Below, piece after piece: positions 1 through 11,600 of a DNA stretch of 64,000 nt (within the stretch, counting starts at the first letter, position 1; every line of letters begins with the position of its first letter). The notes below the pieces were generated by a model, which did no database searches, was not told the origin of the DNA, and saw nothing but the letters and a program-made list of their open reading frames with translations. Location: positions 23,981,420 to 24,045,419 of the forward strand of contig OZ316893.1 in NCBI GenBank assembly GCA_973895155.1. Direction: 5' to 3'. Source of the stretch: Marsupella aquatica (lineage: Eukaryota > Plantae > Marchantiophyta). The translations under genes were made by a program, and so were the position numbers.

Positions 1-2418
1 AAGGCCAAGCATGAAAAAGTTTGAATCAACTCACAACTACCTTGAGGTCATTGGTTGGACAAAGCCATTGCCATGCTATCTGAATCGGCAAATAATCACA
101 TTGCTATCCACTCTTAGGGTACAAGATTCTGTCTTTGAGGAGATGCAACAAACCATGGTGTCAAAGCTTAATGGACTTCTGGAGAACATCGGCACCGCAA
201 TGGAGGTGTTACAGGCTACTGGTACCGGTCCGTCTCATGCTGTGACTCTGGAAATGCTAAAATCAGGATATCACCCTGATTCGGAGCCTTATTTGCTGGG
301 ATTACTAAAATCTTTTCGGGCGTCTCAGCTGGCACGCGTTCGGTCCAAATCGAGGATACTCGTACCAAAGGGGAGATGCTTGATGGGTTGTCTGGATGAA
401 ACTGCCCTGCTAGCCTACGGGGAAGTCTTTCTGCAAGTATCTTCCAATCTTGGACGAAAAAGCTTTGTGGACGATGGATTAGACGGTTTCAGGAGTTTGA
501 ATGACATCGACAATGGTAGTTATGTGGTGATAGGTCCAGTTGTGGTTGCCAAAAATCCTTGCCTCCACCCTGGTGACATCCGTGTGTTGAGAGCAGTGAA
601 TATTCCGCAGTTGGGTCACATGGTTGACTGTGTTGTTTTCCCTCAGCGTGGTCCCAGGTGAGAAACAACTGCTGTCTCGTTAGGCATACAATGAATTTAC
701 TAGATTTCGTATGATTTGAGTTGAAGTGAGCATCCCAGTCATATGCAAACTTTCAGAAGCACAGGTCACTTCGTAGGAAAGACCAGTGGTTCTCTGCTTG
801 TACAGTCGATCCTTCTCGTGTTTGGGGAACTTCTTGTTGGCTTTTCCAACGAAGCATGAAGCTCCCTTTGTTATGCATAGGGGTGGAAGAAACATCTGGA
901 CAGGAACTCTTAGCCAGACAAAATTGTTAGTTTAGTAAAAAATCTCCTTTCGATTACTTTTTGAAGGTTTTCTTTGTAGGATGAAAACACTACTAAAACC
1001 AAAGTCCATCAAAATTGTCTGAAAGGAATTTTGTTGGAACTAAAAACCTCGTGACACTCGTGGCTTGAAAGTTATGTCGAACGCATTCACCGAACTTTAG
1101 AGATCTGTATTTCAATTACGTGCTTGGATTGCAGGCCTCATCCAAATGAATGCTCTGGAAGCGATCTGGATGGGGATCTCTACTTCGTGACCTGGGATCC
1201 ATTGTTAATTCCACCAACAACAGATGTGCCCATGAGCTATACACCAGCAAGGACCCAAGAACTTAATCGGAATGTCACTACTAAGGTCTGTTCCACAACC
1301 TAGTGTTTCGCAATGCAGTTCAATGGAACTGCATTGCTGTGACTGGTTTAATCATGGATTCATAATCTAGGAAGCTTACTTGCAAACTTGAATGTACACG
1401 AACACAGTTTCTAGGATAAGGCTAGTTTTCTCAGTAGCTTGATGAGCACATAAAACTGTTTTTCTCAATAGATGGAAGAGAAAGTTTTCCTAGCTCGAGG
1501 CAAGGAAACCACAAACATTTGTTTCGTAGGTGTCGAAGACTTACGGTAGGGCTGTGATTGCTTCTGATATTGACAAAGAAGGTGGTTTTTCAGGACATCC
1601 AAGAATTCTTCATCCAGTATATGATCAACGACTCCTTGGGAATCATCGCCAATGCTCATACTGCCCTTGCCGACAGTAGTGAAGATATGGCTCGTGATCC
1701 AAAATGTCTCGAACTTGCACGATTATTCTCAGTAGCTGTCGACTTCCCGAAGACGGGAGAGGCAGCTGTGATTCCCCGTGAATTACGGCCGCAAATGTAT
1801 CCTGATTTCATGGGAAAGGTGAGGTACATGACCTACGAATCTGAGAAGATACTGGGAAAGCTTTACCGCTCTCTCTCCCCTCTCATGCACGCATCTAATA
1901 CCAACTTCACAAAGGCAGAAATTGGGGGCTTTTTTGACGAGGACCTGATACTGGAGGGAAACAGCTTCAGAGAATATTTAGATGCAGCGTGGAAGCTAAA
2001 AATGTGCTATGACATGAAGCTTTTAAGTTTAATGGACCAATACGATATCAAGACTGAGATGGAGGCAATCAGTGGGAACTTTTCAAGTCCATCGAAGTAC
2101 TTCATGAGGCGCCAATCAGAGGTGAAGGATAGGATACGCATGGCAGTCAACTCTTTGCAGAAGGAGGCAAGAAGCTGGTTCAAAAGTGGATATCATTCTC
2201 CCGAGGGTTATGAGATAGATGAAAGCATAGAACTGACTGAATGGGAGAAACTGGCCAAAGCATCAGCTTGGTATTACGTCACTTATCATCCAGACTATGT
2301 GTCCAGGGAAGGAATTGCCAAAGGCAAACACAAGAATCTTACACTGATTAGCTTTCCCTGGGCAGTTCATGAGACACTTTTAGCTATTAAGAAATCCAGG
2401 TCAGAAGCTCGTAGTTGA
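1..2418 (+). CDS. RNA-dependent RNA polymerase, alpha clade (RDR1/2-like), 5'-truncated by the window
   Basis: Exons <1-657, 1135-1285 and 1594-2418 join in phase across GT-AG introns. Motifs: [56 protein letters not shown] (DLDGD at 1163-1177), DSLGIIANAH, AVDFPKTG, KASAWYYVTYHP, SFPW. Confidence 0.95.
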
Positions 2419-3321
2419 TCTAGTCAACAGAAGCCACGTAACTTGGTAAAATCACCTTGTTCATTTAGCGATGGCCAACTTTCTGGTACCGATGGAAAGC
2501 CTATCGAAAGAGCTTTGTAATGGTACCTAATTATTTCCAATAGAGCTGTGTAGGCCGAGAAATGCCCGGTCAAAGTTTAGGCTGCCATGGCTTGGAACAA
2601 AATCTGTATCGAGCCGGTTTGAAAAGGACAGGAAGTGGGGCATGGGAGGGGAATAGTCCCCCGAGTTGGGGTTACATGACTCGAAATTTATACACAGAAG
2701 GTTACGACATGGACGGGTTGTAATTGGGACTGGAATGGCAAAATAGAATTGAGAGCTGGTGACAGAAAATGGGAGCAATGGAGGAGAAATAACCAAACAT
2801 CTCCCCTGAACCGACTACGTCCTCCACTCTGACATGTCAGCGGCCTGGCACGAGCTATGCTGATAGCACATGGATCACAGAGCTTTGTAAATAGAGCGGT
2901 AAGCAGATCATTGGAGGAAAACCCATCTTTCAGAGAGATTTGTAAATAGTGTTGATAGGCAGCCAGCCCGCAGCCAGCTCATCCTGAGCTCCATTTCACA
3001 ATGTGTGTCTCTGCTTTTATGCTCGTAATGAGACGAATTTTGGGATCGTGTGTCTCGGGTTTATTGCAGAATTTCCGCCGTGGCTCTAGTGATGGAGAAA
3101 AATGTTCTGATCATTTCCTCTGGGTTTGTTGATTCGACTGTTAGTTTGGAAAAATCGTCAAGGAGGTAACGTTGTATTGATGAAACTCGCAACAGAAATC
3201 TCTGTGGTCGCTCGGCTGATACTTTCCCGTCTTATCGTTGGAATGAAATTCTGAGGGAGCAAGAGCTTTTTGCCAAGTTCAATTGGAAGATTTCTTGTCA
3301 TGTTGTTGCTCTATCTTGTTG

Positions 3322-5484
3322 TTACTTAGTTCGGCGATACAGTCCGCCAAACGCTGAATACTGTGGTTTCATCCCTCCACATGGAAACGGATTGTGCAAG
3401 CCTGGTGCCATCCATTCCCTGATTGGTTGCTTATCAAGAGTCAATTCTGCACGGCAGTATGATCTAGAGTAACGTATTTGATGATGAGAAACAGCCTTTA
3501 CCATGTCCACCATTCCTTTTCTTCTCAGGTTCACAGTTCTTGCCATCCCGCAGGCCATCCTCCTTTGACATGCACGGACCAGGTTCTGGACAAACGGAAT
3601 TAAATGCGACAAACGGTCTCATAAATCACCAAATTCTCAATACGAATTGGGATCTTCCTCTCTAGGATACCATTCTACACACCTCTTGCTGGTCCAATCC
3701 ATTTATCTCAAGGCGCTCACATGCTTTGGATCTGAAGGAGTGTCTCCGCTCTCACTGCAAAGTTCACTGTGTGGAAAAGTACCAACAGCGCAAAGTGAAG
3801 TTAGAGGAAGACGAAATCTTGCAAGGAAAAGTAAAATTTCACCTGATTTCATTTCATGTACCAGCTTTGGCCGTATGACTGTAGAAGACAGTCAATTTGT
3901 AAATTGAAGCCTTTGCAACAATGGAGCAGACGCCCAAATCAAGGAGGGAGTAATAATTGAACTAAAACGTAAGACTTTAAAACAGGCATAACCGTTCCTC
4001 CGCTGAATTTCTTCTCCTGCATAGCATGGACAGAAGAGAAGAGAAGAGAAGAGAAGAGAAGAGAAGAGAAGAGAAGAGAAGAGCTGGAAGGAATAATGTG
4101 CAGATTTCGCATGGGAAGGGATATGGTCAAGTTAGAAAGCCGGCAAGGATCAGAGGATGTGGATCACAAATGAACGAAAGAAAAGCCTCGGTGAAAGGGG
4201 TTACACTGATCGGAGCAGGTTGAATACATTAGACATGAAGAGAACTAGATGCAACGATTTCAGGCATTCAAACCCCATCTTCCTCTTCAAACTCTTTTTT
4301 GCGTTAGTTACCACGTTTGGGTAGCTCAGAAGCAAAAGTTTTCTGAATGTGTTGAATTGTTTGTTGCATCTTTATGGGACTACCAAATAGTGTTATTGAA
4401 GAGTGTTCAGCGCACATCCCTGTAATGGGCTTGACAGTTGGGATACCGCAAATTCAGCCGATTCAGAGGATCGCTCTGAGGAATGCTATTCAACTCACTC
4501 GAACAAACAGGCGGTAACCGGTCGCTACCTGAGGTGGAAGGTTGGCTTGGCTTATCAGAGGGTAGTTCAGAATCCACGACGAGCAATTCAGGAGTGGCTG
4601 ACCTGAACAGATTCTGTGGTAGGAGCATCTTCAGAACATATGGAAGGTGCTCTGCTGGAAACTGGTGCTGTCCATTGAAAGAATATAATGCTCGCCAGGT
4701 CATCTGCTAGATATGAGATGCTGGTAGGGGGAACATACTGAGTTGATTGTCTGTGGAGAAGAGTTTACCAGCGAGTTTTAGATCCTAGTGGGAATCAGTT
4801 TGCTTCAGTGAAGGAGTAGTTTGGAGAACTTAACAATTTGGAAGTAAAAGTTTGTATCCTGGGCGGGAAGGCATTTCTGACGAATTGGCGGGTCAATGAA
4901 ACAGACTCGAATTGGAGGCTACTTGTCAGCATAATTGTGATTAATCAATCGGCGAGGACCGGACAATGGCGGATCTAAAGATAGGATCTTGTCTTGCTTT
5001 GAAAATGCTCCTGGCTGCCTGCGAAGAGCTTCATCGAAATGTAACGATCTAGCCAGAGGATAACGAAGATTGCTCCACAACACAGTGGCAGAATGTGACG
5101 GAGGCTCTACAGATGTTCGTAGTGCACACATATTTTTAGTGCAAAGACTACAATCCTCTAGTGTGATGGGTTGATTTCTTGGGACAACGGAAAAATGGAA
5201 TCCTAGAGATTGAAATGAATGATCGCCGGAGCCTGAGATGCAGTAGCATTATGATACATTTTCGGGAGTCAATTTGGATTTCTTCTTGCAATTCATGAAG
5301 AAGTATTTGTTGACAGAAATGCAACAGGAATGCGTGTGCCACCGACGAAACGGGATGTGAGCGACGCTTTAGGCAGCATTAACCAGTTATCAGTTATCCT
5401 CGCTAATGACTGGTGCGGCCAATCACCAACAGTACTTGTTGGAATTGCGCTGGGAGTTGCGATCATGATGACCTTTCTAACCAT
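3322..5484 (-). CDS. Possible unannotated multi-exon gene, divergent from the coiled-coil gene
   Basis: Open segments bounded by AG...GT at about 4923-5107 (EPPSHSATVLWSNLRYPLARS...PGAFSKQDK) and about 3326-3447 (ELTLDKQPIREWMAPGLHNPFPCGGMKPQYSAFGGLYRRT). I could not close a full model and do not recognise the family. Confidence 0.3.
4032..4083. repeat. (AGAAG)n microsatellite, about 10 copies
   Basis: Perfect pentanucleotide run seen directly. Confidence 0.95.
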
Positions 5485-5671
5485 GACATCCCGGCAAGTG
5501 CCTGAAGCTGATCGACATCATTAACCAGAGACAATTTTGCTAAATGACCGATTGAGATGCTCACAGTCTACGTCACAAGCACCTCACACAACCTGTGGAC
5601 AATGTTGTGAATTGCCTGGTGCATCAAAGCGGTGGGGTTCACGATCAGCGTATCAGCAGCGTCAGGGAGCC

Positions 5672-8600
5672 ATGGACGGACCGGCAAGTCGACCATTCAC
5701 TACGGTTGGCGTCGTTAAGGGCAGCCTTCCAACCTCGCCCACCGTAAGTTCCATCCCTGCTTCTCCCTGTAAAGCCGCCCGGAGAAAAGTTTAATTCCAA
5801 TGTGTCTCTTTATCATGTCGGCGCGTCCGAAAGGGGCGGCGCTCTCAAACTCCCTTGAGAGCAAGGTCCAGGCTAGAAAGGAAATCAGGAGAGATCCTGA
5901 GTGTGCCTAGAGCTCTATCCGTTTCTGGTCCATCGCCTCATCTCCATATCCTGGAGCTCTTCGTGTTGAACCAAACAGATTCCTTTTGATCATCAGATTT
6001 GAGAATTTCAGCAAGAGGTGATGACACTGGCTAGGGGAAACACGTTTTGTAGGAAGCATGCCTTTGAACTGTAAACAATGGTCATGATTTACACTATCTT
6101 GAGCTCGGTTTACTCGTTCTTGATGCTCTTGTTGCTCAACATTTTGAACTTGAAAACAGTATAGCAAGCAAGCTTGGCCGACTTTGAAGAAAAAAACAGG
6201 GGCAGAATCAAACCCCGCCCCATATATGGCGTAAGATTCTTTACTATGGAGAACTTTAGGGGTTCTGATATTGTTTCATAAAGTGAACTTTTCAGAGTCA
6301 ATTTGGTACCTCTGCCTCTTAACATCCACAAGTTCAATCTTTGTGTGTCAGCCTGTTTCAGCATTTGTGATTCTTCTATTATTACTGTTTGACTCTTTGA
6401 CAATGAGAGTTAGGTCCTGGTTAAAATCATAGGTGCAAGAAGAGAGATTCCAATGCAGACAGAAAAAGTACGAAACGATCTCTGCTCAAGCAATCCTTCC
6501 TAATTTTCTTGCTAATAGAATTTATCAAGCATGGGCAGTTGAGGTTCGACCTAGCAGCTCTTCTGTTGATGTTGGACAGGTATGCTACGCCAAGTTCAGG
6601 GGCAGTTGACCTCTGGAAGAAGTTAGCAAGGAAGGCTGAGTTGGAATTGAACCTTGAGGTAGACTGCCATCGTGCAGACAATGCAAAGAACAATGCAACC
6701 ATTCATCGAATCAGCCGAAGGTTCGACCTAGCTTCTGCAACAGAGCAGTCACCCCCATAATACGTTTAGTCTGTGGCAGGCTAGCAAGTTTGAAGGGGCA
6801 TTGGGTGAGAAGGGATGGTAAAAACATTAAATGTGTGTGTGTTTTTTATCGAGAAAACTAATGAAGCATCACAAGATATCCACACAGAAGGGATTGTCAA
6901 CTGGTGATTCTGATTTTTTAATATTCTTTAAAATCATTGCAACTGGCAGTACGATTCTCCAGTTTCATGCCAGTCTTGCTAGGTATGCATGGCACTGAAC
7001 TTTAAGCTAAAACCAGGTTGATACCCTTGGAGAAAGCGTATGGAAAGGCAAAGGAGGCTCTAAGACATCAGGAGAAAATTATCAGCTTTCTGAAGGGTCA
7101 GCTGATGGCAGCCGATGAGGTTAGTTGATTACACTTCTACTCTAACAAACTAACAGTGTGAATGAATGTATCGATAAAGGATCTAACTAGGCCGCAATAT
7201 AGTACTGTGTGAAGTAGCTGAATATCTCAGAAGATATTCTTGCTGTGCCTTAGTATATTCACCCAAGGGTTTGTAGTCCCTTTCACAAGATGATTGTGTA
7301 ACATGTTTGTAATGCGTAGAGAAAAAATCTGGAGATATCATACCTTCGTAGTCAAATCGAAACCTTCCAAAACAAGATGGCAGGAACCGTTCAGACGAAC
7401 GAGCAGAAGGTACAACCTTGAAGTCAGTAACTGAGAGCTTAAAGTCAGGGAAAAGATTCTCAGACACGATCGCTCAAGACGATGGTTTGTTGCGCTTGCT
7501 GATGTTGTGGCTTTTAAAGTAAGGGATAAATTTCGGTTGCTTGATCTGTCATCATATCGTAGAGGATAATGAGTGATCAGCTCTTACCTTGGAATCATCG
7601 CAGATATTACAGTTGCAGGAGGAGCTGCATCAGGCTAATTCACGAGCAGGGACTTTGCAAGCACAAATTACCGAAATCTACAAGAATGTTGATGATGAAC
7701 CTGACACAATGGATGGTTCTAGTACCAGAGCAGGCAGTCTTGCCAGCCCAAAAGATGGAATGGACGGCAAAAGGGATGTCCAACGACAAAACAAACAGAA
7801 CCTGGGCTTGGGTGCAGTTGCAAAGATACACAAGATGCGTTTGTCCAAACAGTACATTGTGAGTAGCTAGAGCGTCCACTTCCATTTACTTTATTTTGCA
7901 ACAACGAAAGAGCAACCCTTGGATCTAGACACTGAAGGTTTTCTTTTGTAACCAAGTAATCTCAATGTCATCTATCTGTTGTCCCCAAGCATGCAGAAAG
8001 AAAAACTGAGGGAAAGTGAGGAGGAAATTGTCCTTCTGGTTCAAGAAAATGACCGATTGAGGAAGCTGGCTCAAGATTCTGTTGGGAGAAGTAATAAGTT
8101 TCTGGATCTTGCACAAACCCTGAAAGCAGATCGCGACCTGACCATGGTAATCTTAACACCAATATCTACATTGCCGTGAATCATGAATGTAATACAAATA
8201 ACGGCTGTGTAGCATGCTTGTACGACAGTTGTGACCATCTGACGAATTACACAAAAAAGTGGGCCCTGTTGTCTGTTGCGAGAGAGTTGAGAGTCGGTGG
8301 TTTGATTTGAGGTAGTCAATCTAACACCGGTTTCTGATCGGAGCTTTGGTACTTCAGCTATTTGAGGATTATCGTCATTTGCTGCTTGATTCTATACCGA
8401 GGAGTCATTATGTCTTCAATGTGAGGGTGCAAACCAAAATGGGGATGAGAGTTTTGCCCCACTTACATCAGAAATCAATTACTCAGCTCATTAGTCGTCT
8501 TTTGTAGATCACGGATTTTGATTTCTCTCTGGTTAGTCCCGTGTATTTGCTCGACAAAGGTCTTATATTCACTTCTGATTGAGAGAAGCCTTTGTACATT

Positions 8601-11600
8601 GTTAGTTGGATGGCCCGATTGGGCTCATGTGGACATGAAATTCACTCAAACCTTTTGTAGATTCTTTTCTAAAGAAGCCGAAGAAGTTCTATATATTTGG
8701 ATTTTCAAGGAAATCATTGCCAAGTAGTCTTCTATTCTCTCTCTAGTATGAATTAAACAGATCCAAAACATTCGAAGCAGAATGTTTCAGTGGGAAAATG
8801 GCTGCCCTTGACCCGGAAACGCTGAGTCTGTGCAGTCTCGACTCCAAGCGACAGAAGATGTTGTGAAGTCCTTGGAAGCTTTGAAAGATTTGGTCGATTC
8901 CTATTTGAAGACCTCCTCTCCCAGGCTTGGGAATTTTCTTCCTGGGCCGCACTTCAATAAACAACAAAAAAGACAAGAACCACCACCAAGCAAAAAGAAG
9001 ACAGAGGAGGACTTGCAACTTGAGGCAACCGGCCTTGCAACAATGAAGACAGGGTGTCATGCAAAAAATACTTGTCGTCATGATGAGGTGGGGGCCGGTG
9101 CTCAGAGCATAGGAGAGTCTCTCGTGAAGAAGCTCCAAGATGTATTCCAGATGCTTGCTTACAAGGTTTGGGCAAAATTCTCTCAATCATTTGAAGTAGA
9201 GTTTCATCATGCAAGCTGATCTTTTGCGGACAGTCTCTGAAACGATCACTCTTGTATCTGTAAGAATCAAAACTGAAATGTAGAGAAAAGAGTGCAAGTC
9301 TGCTAAGTTGATGTGGCACCAATTCCTAACTGATGCAGGTCGAGACAGCAAACCAAACTGCTACGAGTGTCAAGAAAGAGGGTGAAAAAATTCGTCTTAC
9401 CATGCTAGAGGCTTTTCAAGAACTGAGGGGCCAAAAAGGTTCAAAGTTAAATACCGCAGATGACGTTGCGCTTGGAGTTTTGATAGCTGTTCGGGATGTG
9501 AAACACACCCTCGAGGTGCGTTAGAGAACAAAACTTAACTAAGTGGATGACTTGAGAAACAGAAACATAACATCGAAGCCTCAACATAGAATTTTTCGAA
9601 GTAATCCTTCCAATCTCTGAACATTCAGACCTCCACACCAACATGCAAATTTAGTGGTCCGCATGTAGTGGGCACCTTCTACATCACTGGACTGAATCAT
9701 CTTATTGCCGAGGATAGTAGGCGCAGAAACGTGTTGGCACTTGGGATTGACACTTGTGCATAGTATAATTTTCTTATTAATTATGAAAGAGAACACTGAT
9801 CAACTTGAACAGTGTATTGATTCATTATTATCTGGTCTTAGCGCCAACTGGACGCAGATGACAAGTATTAACAAGATCACTAAAAACTTAGAAAATGCTG
9901 CACAATTGAGTTGAGGAAATCTCTAAACGTTATGCATCTGTGAGAGGAAGGAGTAGAAGTGAAACCTTTTAATGAATATGTGAAAAATCATTGGCGTACG
10001 CCTTCAGGAGCTGGAGAAAGAAAATGCTCTCCTGAAAGCTTCAGAATCCGTGGAGGACGACAAGGTTCTACTTTTGGAAAGTCAAGTTCATGAGCTGAGT
10101 ATGGACAAATTGGCTCTTCTAGAGTTCCTAGAGTCAGTGAAGAGTACAATAAGAGCAGCAAATGCAGGACAAGGTGTGATCCCATATATGAAGGGGTTCT
10201 TTGATAGACCGGTTGTCAGGGGAGAAAATGTTCATGACGTATTGGCGATGGTTGGAAAGTTAATAAGTGAGAGGAGCGAAGCCAAATCTACGGGTGGAGG
10301 TCTCCTGGAGGAGAAGTTGTTAAAAGAAAAAGAACTCAGTGACCTTAGAAAGTTGTATGCCCAGTCCCAAACGCTCACCACTCATTTACAGGTAGAGAAG
10401 GATCATGTCAAGAAAGAGAGGAATGAGCTGAAAGCAATCTGTGACGACCTCAAGCGACAAAAAGGTTCTTGGGATGCTGAGAAGAAAGGGGAACATGAGA
10501 AGAAGATGTTAGAATTGAAAAGCCAGATTCATGAAGTGATACTAGACAGGGCTGCGCTTTTGGAAACACTGGACGCCATAAAGAATGCACTAGCAACATC
10601 CAAAACAGGAAGCGGGGACATGCAGTACATGAAGGGATTCCTGAAAAGGTCCGTCGTTCAAGGTAGAAATGTCTCTGAAGTCGTGGAGATGGTTGAAGAA
10701 TTTGTAACGGAGAAGGAGGCAGCCAACCTTAAGGAAAGCAGGCTAAAGGAAGAGAGGGAACTGAAGGAGAGAGAACTTGATGAGACTAAAAAGTTCCTCG
10801 CCGAATCCCAAGGTCAGTATGTGATGTTGGAAGAAGAGAAAAATTCATTGTATATTAAGTTGAGTGAGCTGCAAAGGAGCACTCATGCCCTAAGGACAGA
10901 AAACGAGTCTATCAATGCCTCTTCAGTAGAAATGGAGAAAAAGCTGTCAGAGCTACGAAGTCAACTTTGTGTCTTGACTCAGGAACGGGATGCTTGTAGA
11001 GAAACGCTGAAGACCCTCAAACACATATTCAGAACTGCTGATTCGTCAGCGGCCACGCAGCACTCTGAGGATTTTCTTCTCGGATCTTCTGAAGGTGAAA
11101 GCGGGTCTGTGTTGGTGGCAATGGCAGAGAAGTTGGTTGAGGAAAGAAATGAAGCTAGATCTGGAGGTAGAATATGTGTGGAACAGTTGGAAATGAAAGA
11201 AACAGAAATCTCCGACCTTAGACATTCATATGCTGAATCCAAAAGCCTAAGTGAAAGACTACAGAATGACAAGGATGAACTAGAGAAGGAGGTGAAAAAG
11301 CTATGTGGTAATTTAAGGACCATAAGACGATCCATATCTGGAGATTGCAGCCTGGAATCAGAAGCTTCTGACAAGAGTCCACTGATTTCAGGAGATGTGA
11401 CTTTCGAAAACATGGTTAATGAGGTTCTAGTCATGAAGGAAAAATTAAATGAGGCAAATTCGGAGCTTGAGCGAGATAGAAGGGTGTTTGAGAGAATGTT
11501 TCACGAGACGAAGAGTATAGTCTCCGAAGAAGGTCGCCCAGCAAGTGACCGGGAATCAGAGGCTTCAGATCTTATTTCTTCATTGAAAACTCTCCAAGCT

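Noticed and set aside
3939-4223. ORFs with SSLLF / EEKRR repeats
   Set aside because: Translations of the (AGAAG)n microsatellite.
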